From NCBI GenBank assembly GCA_023249975.1, contig JAHFBP010000008.1:6011-70010 (forward strand): a stretch of DNA of 64,000 nt. The letters are read 5' to 3'. This document shows positions 62,710 to 64,000 of this stretch, in pieces. The translations under genes were made by a program, and so were the position numbers. This DNA comes from a bacterium (GTDB lineage Bacteria; Babelota; Babeliae; Babelales; GCA-2401785). Below the pieces are notes generated by a model, which was not told the origin of the DNA, made no database searches, and was given only the letters and a program-made list of their open reading frames with translations. Position 1 is the first letter of the stretch; each line of letters begins with the position of its first letter.

Positions 62710-64000
62710 CTATGTATCCAAATTATTCCAAAAGATCTCGCCCTGGGTACACGACAAGGTTCCATCGTAAACATTGATCAGCAAGTTATTTGCAGCTGAA
62801 GTTCCATCCCCAAACAAGAACTTAGTTGGTGAAGCTGTTTGGAAAGAATACGTTGCAATATTCGATGCCCCTGCCCCTACAACGGCTCCTATTTGCCCAT
62901 CATATCTCCACGCAACCGCTCGACCTTGCGCAGTTCCAAGCGAGAATCGTAATGCAACATTTTCAGTAAATGTTTGTGTACTTGAATTGAAATCATATAC
63001 TCGGATTGGAGTTGTTGTATCAGAAGTTCCCACCAAAATTCGTGTTCCATCTGGACTCCATCGAATAGAAAGAGGATTTCCTGTCGCGGTTCTAAGAGCA
63101 CCAGAAGCTACATAAGTCATAGCCTGTGTACCTGAATTGAATGCATACAAGCTGAGATTCAAATTATTCAAAACAGATTGAGATACAACCAAATAATTTC
63201 CACTTGGATGCCAATCAACAGTGACGCAGTCCTGAGTAAATGAAAGTTGACTGCCCGTTGTAATAAAATCAAGCGAACTTCCCGTGAATGAGAAGTTTGT
63301 CAATCCAAATTGACTCGAGTTAGCACCTCGTGCAACTGATACAAACTGATTATCACGCCACCGTATATCGGTACCACTATATCCACTCCAATTACTTCCT
63401 CTTTGAGTCAATGTTCCAGGACCAGATGCAAATTGATAAATAAAGGTATTTGGACTTCCAGTTGAATTTGTCGTAACAGCTAAATATTGATTATTGGTAC
63501 TCCACGAAACATATGCAGTCCCACCATTGGTTGTTAATGTACGAGCGGCTGTAATTTCGGACAATGTTGACCCATCAAAGGTAAATATGCGCACATTAAA
63601 TGACCCTGCGCCATGACCAATTGCCAAATACGTACCCGTTGAATCCCAACTTACACTCGAAACTACAGCACCAGGATCGAATGTTACAACTTGAGTTAAC
63701 GCACCGGTTAAGGTGTTATATGAAAAAATCTTCAAGTTACTTGATGGATTTGAACCCACTGCAACAAATAATCCATCAGGCCGCCATTGAACAGATTCAG
63801 CTTGTGCTCCCGTGTTTCCAAGAAACAATTGTTGCGGTGTAAATCCACTCAATGATGCAAGACTAGAAATTTTTGTTGAATTAAGTTGGCCACCACTCAG
63901 TTGCATATTACAATTGGAGGTATAAATATTTGATCCAGATAAGAAAATAGCTGCTGTCGAGTCAGTATATTGAATATCATTAATTCCACCGCTTGGTGGA
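62710..64000 (-). CDS. WD40 beta-propeller protein with beta-solenoid-like flanks (5' part outside the window)
   Basis: Frame is open to the window edge; about seven W..DG..LAVG-type repeats. Confidence 0.85.
   Translation of the reverse strand, partial: PPSGGINDIQYTDSTAAIFLSGSNIYTSNCNMQLSGGQLNSTKISSLASLSGFTPQQLFLGNTGAQAESVQWRPDGLFVAVGSNPSSNLKIFSYNTLTGALTQVVTFDPGAVVSSVSWDSTGTYLAIGHGAGSFNVRIFTFDGSTLSEITAARTLTTNGGTAYVSWSTNNQYLAVTTNSTGSPNTFIYQFASGPGTLTQRGSNWSGYSGTDIRWRDNQFVSVARGANSSQFGLTNFSFTGSSLDFITTGSQLSFTQDCVTVDWHPSGNYLVVSQSVLNNLNLSLYAFNSGTQAMTYVASGALRTATGNPLSIRWSPDGTRILVGTSDTTTPIRVYDFNSSTQTFTENVALRFSLGTAQGRAVAWRYDGQIGAVVGAGASNIATYSFQTASPTKFLFGDGTSAANNLLINVYDGTLSCTQGEIFWNNLDT

Overview
AT-rich bacterial chromosomal window. 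The many signal-peptide orphans, beta-solenoid/WD40 surface-protein paralogs and eukaryote-like enzymes suggest an intracellular protist parasite such as Candidatus Dependentiae/Babelota (TM6); this is inference only. Housekeeping genes (glmM, HtrA, grpE, dnaJ, rsmG, pseudouridine synthase, MacAB-TolC-like efflux, two M16 peptidases, thioredoxin, two Fe/Mn SODs, MerR) are interleaved with accessory loci. Main observations: (1) Four secreted modular proteins share a C-terminal module (Gly/Ala-rich hydrophobic helix, basic patch, ~65-aa helical domain) but have different N-terminal payloads, including a eukaryote-type PARG and a HAD-fold hydrolase; they recur next to AAA_14/DUF4143 ATPases and beta-barrel proteins. 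(2) The HAD-like gene appears switched OFF by a (GTCT)n microsatellite that itself encodes the signal-peptide core. (3) Both spacers of a three-gene beta-solenoid array hold a hairpin-terminator RNA complementary to the leader of the next gene, with co-varying sequences. (4) Two nested families of palindromic repeats have inserted in frame into glmM and into a tRNA-Ala copy. (5) An rRNA-operon-like unit has tRNA-Ala/Ile and 5S but no 16S/23S, with a GIY-YIG gene before the 5S. All calls come from reading motifs by eye; no database searches were run.
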